From: Ginkgo biloba
Lineage: Eukaryota > Plantae > Ginkgophyta
DNA: 21,950 bases
Direction: 5' to 3'
Assembly: GCA_024626585.2 (NCBI GenBank)
Contig: JANKJI020000002.1
Location: 161,905,132-161,927,081 of the forward strand
Position numbers and translations under genes: made by a program. Each line of letters starts with the position of its first letter. The stretch's first letter is position 1. Shown here piece by piece: positions 1 to 11,167 of the stretch. Below the pieces are notes generated by a model that was given only the letters and a program-made list of their open reading frames with translations, did not search any database and was not told where the DNA came from.

Positions 1-299
1 TGATGGTTTATCCAATAATTTGACTGTTAACCAGTCCACAGACTCATGAGATAACAACCCAATTCTCCATCCATCCCAAAACATACACAATTATAATGCT
101 CAGGTTGTTCTTTAATAATAACATGGCGAGTGCTTCAGCAACCATTATCTCTACTATTTCTTCCATCATCAATCTCTCTCCCTATCTCAATATCCCACTG
201 TCAGACTCTTTGGTCGTTCAACCAAAATGAACCAACAAGAAAAATCATCAATGAATGAACTGACACACCAATGATGCAACATTATGATCTCCTCCAATT

Positions 300-450
300 G
301 CCATCTTCTCACTCAATTGGTCCAACTAACTACCTCTTTCTTTGTCTCCTTCAGATCTCTATGGCCATGAATGGCTAGTGTAACATTCATATTTAGCTCC
401 AATGGCTCTAGTAGGTGGATGCATTCAATCTACAATGGCTTTGGTATCCT
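300..450 (+). mobile_element. Possible highly degraded Ty1/Copia gag N-terminal remnant
   Basis: Hand-translated fragments in shifting frames (GPTNYLF, DLYGH, LVGGCIQSTM) resemble the Copia gag order KL.STNYL.W...DLYG.IDGS...LLGWIQSTL. Matches are short and frame-broken. Confidence 0.3.
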
Positions 451-549
451 CAATCCTCTACAAAAATGACAGTCTCCCACACTTCTTGGTCTAGGTTTAT
501 TTTCTACTTTCCAATATTCCTGGTGTCCAATCCTAGACCTTGACACTTC

Positions 550-963
550 GATACCTAATTAATATATAGACTATAAGTAATTAGCCCTATCGAATTCAAA
601 GTTCTTAGCATATGAATTACATTGAAAGGTAGGTTAGGTGGAAAATAATCAATTATAACACAATTCTAGTTATTATATTTAAAAGAAGAACGAGCTTTCT
701 CTTTATAAATGCTGAAGGCTAAGAAAAAGAAGTAGCAAGCACGACATGATCACCGCATTTGTTCACCAACATTCCATAAGGAGAATAAGGTTTTGTTATG
801 TAATAGTGAATTTTGAACCAAGCTTAAAAAACTAAAGATGCATTGGCTTGGCCATATATAATCAAATAGGCATATGAAAATGGTTTTTAGAGCAATTGAA
901 ACAGTTAAACAATCAATTATTGGCTATGTTGGTAAATTGCAGTGGTCTAAAATTTTTACATGA
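550..963 (+). pseudogene. Ty3/Gypsy (non-chromovirus, Tat/Athila-like) integrase C-terminal remnant
   Basis: Hand translation gives VISPIEFKVLSI..LKEERAF..QARHDHRICSPTFHKENKVLLCNSEF*TKLKKLKMHWLG / YIIK*AYENG / QLKQLN..LVNCSGLKFLH. This matches the Gypsy integrase tail LPIEFE..WHD..F..GD.VLLYDS..KLK.RWLGPY....NG....VNGSRLK.Y, with several stops and frameshifts. Confidence 0.85.
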
Positions 964-1370
964 TCAAATCGCTTCACGTTGAGACCATTTGTACCATATA
1001 CATATTGTAGTGTGGTAACAATCAAGTTGATGTACAACAATCCATAAAAAGATGAAAAAGAGTCGAAAACCCATAAAATATTTAAGAAATGATGAGAACC
1101 CATAAAAATACAAAAAATATGAAAAAATATATTCAATTTATGATCCATGATGGTTAAAATCCCAACGGTAATAAATGGCAATCAACCAAAACTTTATACT
1201 AATCAAATCGCTTTGTGACAAGATCATTTGTATTATGTGTCGTAGTATGGTGACAATCAAGTTGATATACAACAATCCATAAAATGATGAAAATGAGTTG
1301 AAAATCCATAAAAAGCAAAAAAATATAAAAACCCAAAATGAGTACTATTTAGTTTATGATCCATGATAAT
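930..1370. repeat. Diverged tandem duplication (two copies, about 215-240 bp period) at the integrase end / 3' UTR
   Basis: atcaaatcgctt...acaatcaagttgat(g/a)tacaacaatccataaaa.gatgaaaa.gagt.gaaaa.ccataaaa occurs at about 963 and 1202. tttatgatccatgat occurs at about 1137 and 1353. Confidence 0.9.
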
Positions 1371-1729
1371 CTCATTCCACCCACAATAAGGTAAGGGCCA
1401 ACTTCACAACAATCTAGAGAGGGACAACATGGTGATCTCAATTGCAATATACAAAATGTTGAAGTGCAAGAATGATGATGCCAAAAAGGATGTATGACAA
1501 GAACAATGTATCAAAAGGCAAAATGACGAGAAATAAGAAAGGATAAGAATAATATATGATAAAAATTTAAATATTAAAGGAGGCTAAGAAATTATTTGAG
1601 AATAAGGGGCCAAGGTTGTTAACTAGTTCCTCTCGCCCAATACTTGATCCCCCTTAAGACCTTTTGTGCATCTTGCTTGAGTGAGGGTACTCAAGATAAT
1701 AGTATTTAGTGAGATGCTAGTGGGATATT

Positions 1730-2600
1730 TCATGACATGGCGTCAACACACATAAATCGACAATCACAACATAATTACAACATGACATCAACATTGTACA
1801 ATGATGATGGCCAGGCAACACAATAGAATTAATGACGTGGCAATATAAAATTAACCCAAGGACAATAATGTGGCAACCCAAAGACTATTGTTAGCGCTAG
1901 AAATCATACAACATTAATAATAGTGATGTCAACCCTATACAATTCGTCGGGATGCATTTATGAAAAGTACAATTGACATCAACCCTAACACATCACATAC
2001 ATTTTTAAAGACAAATTTAATAATGATACTCGAACACATTTAATGGTTATACTTAAGTACATTTAATAACTACCCGAGTGTATCTATTAGGATAAACATT
2101 CACATTTAATGTAGTATAACATCAACCCTAAGACACAATTAATAAGGCAACATGAGGTGCATTTAATGAGTAGATAAACACAATTAATGAAGACTTGATG
2201 ATGTCATCAAATGAAGGAAAAATCTACATTTATTAGGACATTAATGGCACATTAAATGAGCATTACAATGTGCATTGAATAGGCTAATAATTAAGAACAT
2301 TGANNNNNNNNNNNNNNNNNNNNNNNNNNNNNNNNNNNNNNNNNNCTCAATTATTAAGAAAGAAAAAAGTAATAAATAGGAAAGAGAATGAAATGTCCAA
2401 AATGTGAGTGTTGTGTCTTCTAGGGTTTGATGTCAGACACCATTCTCTAATAAGTACATTGATGTACCATCATTAATGAAGTAATAAATGTACTCCAATT
2501 TGTGTGTATTGATGTTTGTGCACTATTCGTATGATGTTTCTGTGTAATTAATGCATGCTACTTCATGAATGAATACTAACCCGCTGTTGATGCCAACTCC
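1730..2600. repeat. Degenerate short-repeat array with inverted polarity (candidate non-autonomous DNA transposon relic)
   Basis: gacatcaaccct-like motifs at 1925, 1975 and 2118 and several acatttaat motifs lie on +. Reverse-complement copies follow about 2400; for example 2411-2434 is an inverted copy of 2119-2138. Confidence 0.6.
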
Positions 2601-3499
2601 ACACCTAAGACCCATTATTAGTCAACAATCGCTAACCAAAAGCAATGTTAGCTAGAATCCTAATATGAATTAGGAAACAAACACTTCCTACATATTTAAA
2701 AGCCATTTGATGTTTTTCACAAATCATCGTCATTATTATATTGCCCTAGAGCAGAATTGAGTCAAAAGAAATTCAATTTGCTATAAAACAAAGGTCGACT
2801 TGTATGCTTTAAACATCAAGATAAGTATCCTAACTCATCCTTCAATAAAATTGTTCTATTTGAAGCATTTATGGCAAGTATGAAGGTTTTCTTCATACAT
2901 GTGAAGGGCACCAAATTGTACTATGGTCATTAGCTACATGACTGCATCTAACACAGGAATAACTTGGCTGAATTGTAGCTAAAACTCCAGTGACTAGCTA
3001 AAATTGGCAATAATAGCAGGTTTAAATGTAATAGACGTTCTACGACATAGGGCAAGTCTATAGTAATCCATACAAACCTCATAAATGTAGCCGGCAAGGT
3101 AATAATAGGCACAATCAATCAATATCATTTTTGGCAAGTCATTTGCCCAATAATAATTTAAGTCATACTTGTAGGATTGAGGCTCAAAATGGTCAGAATG
3201 GATAGTGCAGCCCTACAAGTAGTATGACTGGTCTATTGTTGAAAAACAAAGCTTTGCAGTTTGCATCTTCTATTCCTTGAATCTTGGCATTACATATTAG
3301 CATGTGATACATATAACATTGATGATGAATGCAATTAGTCCTAAATGCATGATGTCAAAAACGTATGGACTGCATGATTATTTTACAGTGATAAATGTTC
3401 TTAAAATTAAAGCCAAGATAGCATGGGCTTATGAACAGAAGTCTAGCATATGTCTCAGGATTGTTTTACTGTTGCTAGGGGACCCTTGTGGAGTGTGGT

Positions 3500-3877
3500 A
3501 GCTATCTAGACCAACCTTATTGACTGCTCTTAACCAAGACCATCTTCCTTTGATGAGACAAAGTAACTCCATTGGCATGTCGCTATGTAAGGGCTGACTA
3601 GGCTGTGGAAGATAGCGTGGCATGTAAGGTTTCAGCAATCATTGCCACCATGTAAGGATTGTGTACACAGTGGACCACCCAAACTTCATGTAACTGTGTA
3701 GAAGCACCTTATAAATGGTAAGGGGGTGGGCTTCCTGAATATAGTTAGAGGACAATCTACCTTGCAAGCGCAATAATAGAAGATGATGTTAGCCCACCTT
3801 AAAAAAATGGTAAGGGGTTGGGATTCCCAACTATAGTTGAGAGGATAATCTGCCTTACAAGTGCAACAATGGAAGAT
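3500..3877 (+). mobile_element. LTR remnant related to the 4391-5034 LTR, truncated by a gap
   Basis: Shares ordered blocks with 4600-4810: ctccattg.catgt, attg.cacca.gtaag, catgtaa.tg, agcaccttata.atggtaaggg. Left boundary not identified. Confidence 0.65.
3705..3877. repeat. 90-bp tandem duplication covering the putative LTR TATA box
   Basis: caccttataaatggtaaggggg...tatagtt...agga.aatct.cctt.caag.gcaa.aat.gaagat starts at 3705 and again at 3795. Confidence 0.9.
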
Positions 3878-4039
3878 NNNNNNNNNNNNNNNNNNNNNNN
3901 NNNNNNNNNNNNNNNNNNNNNNNNNNNNNNNNNNNNNNNNNNNNNNNNNNNNNNNNNNNNNNNNNNNNNNNNNNNNNAATGGAGATGGACATCATAATGC
4001 CTAATGTCCATTGAAGCACTAACATGATCAACACCTCAA

Positions 4040-4245
4040 AGAACATAACTTTTAGGTTGGATCCCAAGTTCTACTGTATGTTGGGAGCATTGCAAAATAA
4101 GCCCAACAAATTGAAGATCAGATGGCTTGGTCCTTTCATAGTAATTGTGATCTATGATAATGGTGTAATACACTTAGCCGACCTAGACGAATCTGCATGG
4201 GAGGCCATGGTGAATGGTTCCAAGTTAAAAATATATCATCCACTA
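4040..4245 (+). pseudogene. Ty3/Gypsy (non-chromovirus) integrase C-terminal fragment
   Basis: ORF 4024-4293 contains KPNKLKIRWLGPFIVIVIYDNGVIHLADLD..VNGSKLKIYHP, the GPF/GPY integrase tail motif. Confidence 0.9.
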
Positions 4246-4390
4246 GCTTCACCAAACATGTCTCAACAACATGAACCCTGCATATTGGTTTGACTTGTTG
4301 AAATGGAGCCATGGGCTCTTTTGTGGCCGTAATGGATGACTTCATTTTTTCACCAATTCCATACAACGTGCCTCGAGGCGAGAATCTTGA

Positions 4391-5034
4391 TGTTAAATTG
4401 GCCCCTCACTTAGGGTTGTGTGTACAAGTGTTGCGTGTGTGCTTCTAAGGTCATAATGACCTTGATGATGTAAGCCAGAATATCACATTGGATGATGGAT
4501 AGAAGTTTAATAATGGTCTTTGTATTGTATATTAATGTTAAGGGAACCCTATTAGGTATGTTCATTTTCTAGATTGACCTCCTTGGTTAGATAAGGTCTT
4601 AACAAACACGAACCTCTTTGGCTAGATAAGGTGGCTCCATTGTCATGTAAGGCATGTAGGAGGTATTGTCACCACGTAAGCACGCAAGGCTAGTTTGGGT
4701 TGTGGAGTACTTAGACTTATATGTAAGTGCATGGGAGCACCTTATAGATGGTAAGGGTATAGAGTTTTTCTTTGTGGTTGGGGGACATCTAGGCATTAGC
4801 CCCATGGTGGGAGTCATTGTCAGTCCCGTGTCCAACTAACCCTATGTCCAAGCTAAATGGATTAAGAATTTTATAATTATATTGACCATTGTGTGAGTTA
4901 TTTGTATGCAGGTTCCTACAAGCATGGAAGTAGGGAGTTGTAAAATACATTTGTTATCTTCTCATGTAACCACTGAAACCGAGGTTCCTCAATCAATTAT
5001 TTTCTGCACATTTTTCAAATTGCTTATTCTAACA
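4391..5034 (+). mobile_element. Probable 3' LTR of the Gypsy element whose integrase ends at about 4245
   Basis: Starts TGTTA (4391) and ends TAACA (5034). It lies about 150 bp after the integrase tail, behind a decayed purine-rich stretch, and has a TATA-like ccttatagatgg at about 4740. Confidence 0.55.
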
Positions 5035-5726
5035 TGTTGCTCCCCTGCATCTCCAAAATTACGACTTCCTGCTTCCTGCTTCCCTTATTTGTTCAACATA
5101 GACTAGAAGTATTCTCCAAAATGAAGTCCAACTAGTGCAAACTAAGAGCTTTCACCAAGTTCAGGAAACTTATAAACTCATGGACAACATATTGACTTAT
5201 AGGCTACTTGCATAATGGGAAGGGCCTATGGGTCACTTACATATCCAGGGAGGGAAGGGGCATCTAAATAAAATTCTGGGGGCCAAAGCTTCAGAAATGG
5301 TCAATGAAAACAAATTAGGGTTACATAAGTAAAAGTACTAGATTTTCAGAGGTTTATTGCAGGACTCTCTACAAGAACCTTCTCGTGATATCATTATTGG
5401 TTGTGTATCCTTCCAATAAAGAATAAAGAATTGTCCTTTTCTTATTGTCTTTCAAGACCAGCAGGTGTATGGAACCCCAAAACAAAAGAAAATCACCGAG
5501 TTTTACCATTTTTTAAATTTCTCATCTGAGACTCTTTGATGAAGTTTCCTAAATCCTTCAAATTAGAGTTGCCAAGAGCACATACAAGGGCTTCAATTGA
5601 AACCAAACACTAAAGCCTGAATCATTTTCAAGTTTGAAACAATGAGACAGATACAAATACTTCAGAAATTTACTACGCAAGTGTATGGCATCATAATTTC
5701 CAGAGGATGCTTTACACCTTAATTTC

Positions 5727-6353
5727 TCAATATGAAAATGCTATGCAATGTGTATAATTCACGTGTGCAAGTTCTAGCTCTACAACTGCTGTCTTGGAAC
5801 ATTTTATCTTGCCTTTAATATGTCCTGGAAAGGCATCAACATTGGTTTCAAGCACTTGAGATTCAATATAAACACAGATAACAAGTACATGCAAGAGACT
5901 TCCAGAAGAAGGTGGTGTATCTATGGCTATTGGATCTGCTGCTAATACTGATGCTACCCCTAGTGTTCGTGGTGGTGATAGTGTCACTAAAGGTAACCCT
6001 CAAGATGTAGGAGATGCTCCTGAAGTTTGCAGAGATGATGGTCCCGAAGGAGGTAACCCTCTGTTTGGTGAATCCCTCATCCTCTGATTGGCAGCTTTCA
6101 CCACTTGGGCTACCTGATACACTTTTCCGTCTCTCCTTTTTCAACTGCCAGACTCTATTCTAGATCCTTTATCCGAGCTGCCATGGGTGCAACCTCTGCC
6201 TGATGTCTCCCTCATTCCTCTTCTTGTCGTTTTTGGCCCTCTTTCTACAATTTCCAAACTTCCCCAAATTCTCTCATCCACTACTTCTCCACGTGGGCCA
6301 TCTCCTGCTTGTGCCAATTTGAAGTCGAGTGAGCTCCTCCTCATGCTCCTCTT
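5727..6353 (-). pseudogene. Unidentified degenerate reading frame (Arg/Gly then Ser/Pro-rich)
   Basis: The minus ORFs ending at 6141 and 5727 share a frame. About 209 codons contain only two internal TGA stops (6141-6143, 6000-6002), and local GC is raised. Upstream part is hidden by the gap starting at 6354. Product not recognised. Confidence 0.45.
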
Positions 6354-9300
6354 NNNNNNNNNNNNNNNNNNNNNNNNNNNNNNNNNNNNNNNNNNNNNNN
6401 NNNNNNNNNNNNNNNNNNNNNNNNNNNNNNNNNNNNNNNNNNNNNNNNNNNNNNNNNNNNNNNNNNNNNNNNNNNNNNNNNNNNNNNNNNNNNNNNNNNN
6501 NNNNNNNNNNNNNNNNNNNNNNNNNNNNNNNNNNNNNNNNNNNNNNNNNNNNNNNNNNNNNNNNNNNNNNNNNNNNNNNNNNNNNNNNNNNNNNNNNNNN
6601 NNNNNNNNNNNNNNNNNNNNNNNNNNNNNNNNNNNNNNNNNNNNNNNNNNNNNNNNNNNNNNNNNNNNNNNNNNNNNNNNNNNNNNNNNNNNNNNNNNNN
6701 NNNNNNNNNNNNNNNNNNNNNNNNNNNNNNNNNNNNNNNNNNNNNNNNNNNNNNNNNNNNNNNNNNNNNNNNNNNNNNNNNNNNNNNNNNNNNNNNNNNN
6801 NNNNNNNNNNNNNNNNNNNNNNNNNNNNNNNNNNNNNNNNNNNNNNNNNNNNNNNNNNNNNNNNNNNNNNNNNNNNNNNNNNNNNNNNNNNNNNNNNNNN
6901 NNNNNNNNNNNNNNNNNNNNNNNNNNNNNNNNNNNNNNNNNNNNNNNNNNNNNNNNNNNNNNNNNNNNNNNNNNNNNNNNNNNNNNNNNNNNNNNNNNNN
7001 NNNNNNNNNNNNNNNNNNNNNNNNNNNNNNNNNNNNNNNNNNNNNNNNNNNNNNNNNNNNNNNNNNNNNNNNNNNNNNNNNNNNNNNTCATATTTTTGTG
7101 GCAGACAAGATAATTGTAGACTTTAACAAGCTAATTGCAATTAAGATAATCTTGTTATACAGTTGTCATTGATCATGCAGCTATACTTTGAGCGATCCTC
7201 CTAAAAAGCTTGGTTTGGGCATTTGTAAGCTACTTCATTTTCCAGGTTCATTCAAGGGTCATGTCAGCCTTACAGTGTCATGCTTTTCACTATGGCTCCC
7301 ATGCACAGCACTCTCTTTTACCAAGTATNNNNNNNNNNNNNNNNNNNNNNNNNNNNNNNNNNNNNNNNNNNNNNNNNNNNNNNNNNNNNNNGGGTGGGTA
7401 ATTCATTAATTAAGCCTATAATCAGGGTTTCCAGTCTTCACTAAATTTTGTTGATTTTCCGACATCATTAAAACTGTAGACTATCTTTTTTGAAATTGAA
7501 GGTAAAAAAAAAACTGAATTATCAGGCTTATGGACCACTTCCCATCAGCAGGATTAATTTAGGTAAGCTCCAACATCAATTTACTGCTTTAGGGCAGCAA
7601 TGAACTGATTTTGGTTTTCAATTCTGCTATATGTAGTATGGTCACATTTTCAGTAAATTCTTTGATTTTCTTCTCTTGTTTCAAATGGCCAAGGAGGCAC
7701 TTAAATTTTGAGAGATGCCTGAAATAATTTACCTGAAATATATTGGCATGTGCAAACATTTTGCTTTTTGCATAGGATGGCAAGAAGAAGCTGGTCATAA
7801 ATGTTTGGCAATATTTTGGGTAGTTGAGTCACCATTTTAACTCAAGGAAACAAAATTTTAATTTCTATCATTCATGAGAAACATAATCAAAAGCATGAAC
7901 CCAAAAATAAGAAAGGCGACAATGATAAAAGATCTTGAAAAGCATATGAACCTGTGAAACTTGAACGGCTGGAAATGCAAAAATGGAGGCTAGATGAACT
8001 TTGGGTTGAGCATAGTTTGTTTTACATGTTACTTGATTTTCTCTATGTTTTCCTTTTTGTTTCTAATCTACACATTAATTATCTGGGAAGAGTTCCCTCT
8101 CATTGTCAGCATTGTTACTAGTTGATGCCCACAATCCCCATCTCATATAGGAGTAATGTTACTAGGGTGCTTCAATAGCATTCCTCATTCCTGAAGGTTT
8201 GGGAAGACAGAATGGGAGACCCCAAAGGCATTGCTTGTGACAGTTTCTAGGTATTGGCTTCAGCTGACAGAGATTTTTGTGTCATGCTGAAAATATGCTT
8301 TTGCTTCAAGCACTTGATGGCTAAAGAAGTGGGTGTTGGCCCTATCATGGGAAGTTGTTGCTGCAAATTGGTCATACATCAAATTGTGATCAATTCGCTA
8401 TGCTTTCTTCTAGGGGTGAGCATGCTTTGGAGAAAGTCAGTTTACTTGATGCAAAATAGTTTGGGGTCTGCTTGAGGCCCGTTTTTTAGGCTTTGCTGAC
8501 TAATTTTGAGGACCCTGAGCAGTTTGTGAACCTAGAGCCCATAGACAATCTCAATTTCAACATGTCTAGGGCTTAATTCATTATCGTTCATTAAATTGAC
8601 CTTAAGGATAGTGTGGTAGACAATATTCACACCATTGTCAGGAGATTAGTCCGAAATCTATCATCTATAGGGTCATGGCCATTGGTCAAACGCTCCATAA
8701 GACTCTTAGATAATCCCCTTGGTCTCAGATCTTAAACCAGCCAGAGGAAAATCCCACTGTATTCTCACCCTATAGCCTGTAAACCCTAGAACCCGTGGAT
8801 GATCCAATGTATCCGAGGTAACCCCGTGTTCTTACTCTGTACCTTGTAAAACATAGACCCTGACTATGACCTGATGTACTGGAGGTCACCCCTTGGATAC
8901 TCACTTTGTAAATCTCAAAACCAGTGTATGGTGCATGGAGGATCTTATGTGTAACCAGTGTGGTCCAATGAAGTACTTGCAAAAGCTTCCGAATATAAAT
9001 TGATGAAATAAGAGTCTGATGTTACAAATCATGCACAACAAGATTCCAATATCATGCAGATGTGAANNNNNNNNNNNNNNNNNNNNNNNNNNNNNAACTG
9101 AGAAGCACTCGCTAAAGAAACTCAAAAATTCTCCTTAATGGAAGATATGACACCTTCCAGTGTTTGTCTTTTCTTTTGATCATAAAACAACGACATATAT
9201 TGTATTCATATTTCAAAAGTATATTTATATCACCTAATGGTGATTTACCAAATGAGACTTGTTTAAGACAAAAGGCAAGTCCCCAATTACACAACTCTCT

Positions 9301-9823
9301 TGACATTATNNNNNNNNNNNNNNNNNNNNNNNNNNNNNNNNNNNNNNNNNNNNNNNNNNNNNNNNNNNNNNNNNNNNNNNNNNNNNNNNNNNNNNNNNNN
9401 NNNNNNNNNNNNNNNNNNNNNNNNNNNNNNNATCTCATAGTAGCATCAGAACTGTTCTACAGCATTTTTTTCATGTTTCTCATGGTATCGTTCTTAGTGA
9501 AATGTTTTGCATGCAAAACGTTTAGTTAAACTTTCGTTTAAAATTTAATATTTTCTATATATCATCTAGTATTAAATTTGATCATTTATAAAAAAAATCC
9601 AAAAACAATTAAATCTACAAAAATATCTAATATTATANNNNNNNNNNNNNNNNNNNNNNNNNNNNNNNNNNNNNNNNNNNNNNNNNNNNNNNNNNNNNNN
9701 NNNNNNNNNNNNNNNNNNNNNNNNNNNNNNNNNNNNNCATACCTTAGTGTTTTGGCTTCTTAAAAAATTGTAAGAGATTTTTCCAACAAAAATGTCACTT
9801 TTTTTAGTTCCTTAGGTACCAAA

Positions 9824-10590
9824 TGTGATGTAGTATAAGTTCCAAACTAGTTGCAATACATGTATATGAAATAGCTAAGTATCTTCTAGAGCAATTCAAC
9901 CTTCTTCTATAGCTTCATTCAACCTCAAAATAACTCCAAATGATGAAATAGTTATCCTAGTAAAGGCACCTTCAACTACAACAAGATCTAGGGTTTCTTC
10001 TCTTAAAAATTCCCCCAAAAAAGTTGTTAAAATGCAGAGACAACACTTCGCCCTAGTTTAGGGGAACAACAGACCAAAAACTATAACTTATACATGCAGT
10101 AGTAAGCAAGCAAGACACTGAAAAGAAGAAAGCCAATGCAAAGCAGATAAGAATGATGATGTGAGACATCTTCCTCAGCGTCCCTTTTATACTTTTAGAA
10201 GATATTGGGTTGCACTTGATGTTGTCTCATAAGTAGGATGGACCTAGCCTTAAAAACCTTTTTCTAAGGGTCAATTACTCCTTAGGTGGTACGATGCTTT
10301 AAGGTAGGCTTATGTCCCTTCTTAATCTATTTTTGTGTCTCTTAAGGATCCCACCATCATGATTAGCCAACATCTTCAAAATTAGCATGTCGGCTTCATA
10401 CCTAAGCTCTGTTCTAGAGTTGTCCTTAACAATTAAGGGCTATTTTCCTTTAATAGGCCTAATTAATGCGTCTAGGGTTCTACCCTCCGTAGTTGACTTG
10501 GTCATTGACTCACTAAGCCCTTTGACCATGGTTGATTAGGCTTTGACCATGGTTGACTGGGCTTTGACCAAGGTTGATTGGGTTATAACA
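9824..10590 (-). mobile_element. LTR in minus orientation (solo LTR or 5' LTR)
   Basis: The minus strand starts TGTTATAACCC (10590), ends ..ACATCACA (9824) and has a TATA-like GTATAAAAGGG near 10185. It is followed by TTTGGTACC, loosely PBS-like. Flanking 5-mers (ccaaa / catat) do not match. Confidence 0.6.
10520..10582. repeat. 21-bp minisatellite, 3 copies
   Basis: ctttgaccatggttgattagg / ctttgaccatggttgactggg / ctttgaccaaggttgattggg. Confidence 0.95.
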
Positions 10591-10849
10591 CATATCTTGA
10601 AGGGACTATTAGAGAAAAGTTTTTGCCTCAAAGGAAATTCCATTGTAGCACCAAAACCATTTCGGGGCACTTTTTTCACATTTGAAACTGTTTCGCTCGT
10701 AGCAAAACTCGAAACTCATGCGGAATTATTTTAATGAAAAATTGAAAATAACATTATATGTTGTACAAAATAAATATATTAGATGATTATCTACACATTT
10801 ATTTCTACATTTTTAAATTATATGTTGTATGAGTGTCTTGCACTGTTGT

Positions 10850-11162
10850 TTCACACATTTCTACCTTAGCGAAACTTTGGCATTTCACAAAACCAATGCA
10901 ACAATGTAGTGACTCTCTATTTCTTCCATGTTCCTAAGTCTTCACTCAGATAAGTCTCAATCCAACAGATTTATTTGAGATGCCAATCCTCTTCCTTGCT
11001 CTCCATATAAGAGGGATCTTTGTTCTCCCAATTGGCTTCATGCATCCAACAAGTAGCATATGGAGTCTCAACCTCCAAGTCCTCCAATAGATTTGGATCT
11101 CTTATTATATCCACTATTTCCCAAGCATAATGGCTAATCAATATCATGGTTTCAGCTTAGTT
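10850..11162 (-). pseudogene. Downstream part of the same degenerate ORF
   Basis: After removing the insertion and one TSD the frame continues N*AETMILISHYAWEIVDIIRDPNLLEDLEVETPYATCWMHEANWENKDPSYMESKEEDWHLK*ICWIETYLSEDLGTWKK. Confidence 0.4.
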
Positions 11163-11167
11163 CTTCC

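Noticed and set aside
1643-1658. ttgatcccccttaag, a reverse-complement look-alike of the PPT at 13400
   Set aside because: No adjacent LTR or integrase homology on that strand.
1925-2430. aacccta/tagggttt motifs suggesting interstitial telomere repeats
   Set aside because: They are isolated single copies inside a longer motif, not tandem TTTAGGG arrays.
2870-3150. Several GGCAAG(T) motifs and tagccggcaagg, reminiscent of miR169/miR169*
   Set aside because: No full-length match to the mature TAGCCAAGGATGACTTGCC and no properly paired precursor stem visible.
6141-7126. Longest ORFs in the track (265-316 aa), and other X-rich ORFs such as 13469-14026
   Set aside because: Their length comes from reading through N runs.
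10520-10582. Regular 21-bp repeats as a CRISPR-like array
   Set aside because: Head-to-tail with no spacers, inside a plant LTR, with no cas genes.
10980-11130. DPNLLEDLEVE..W..E..DP as a hAT transposase C-terminus
   Set aside because: The in-frame upstream sequence lacks the hAT dimerisation motif (S.S.CERNWS), so the similarity is only compositional.
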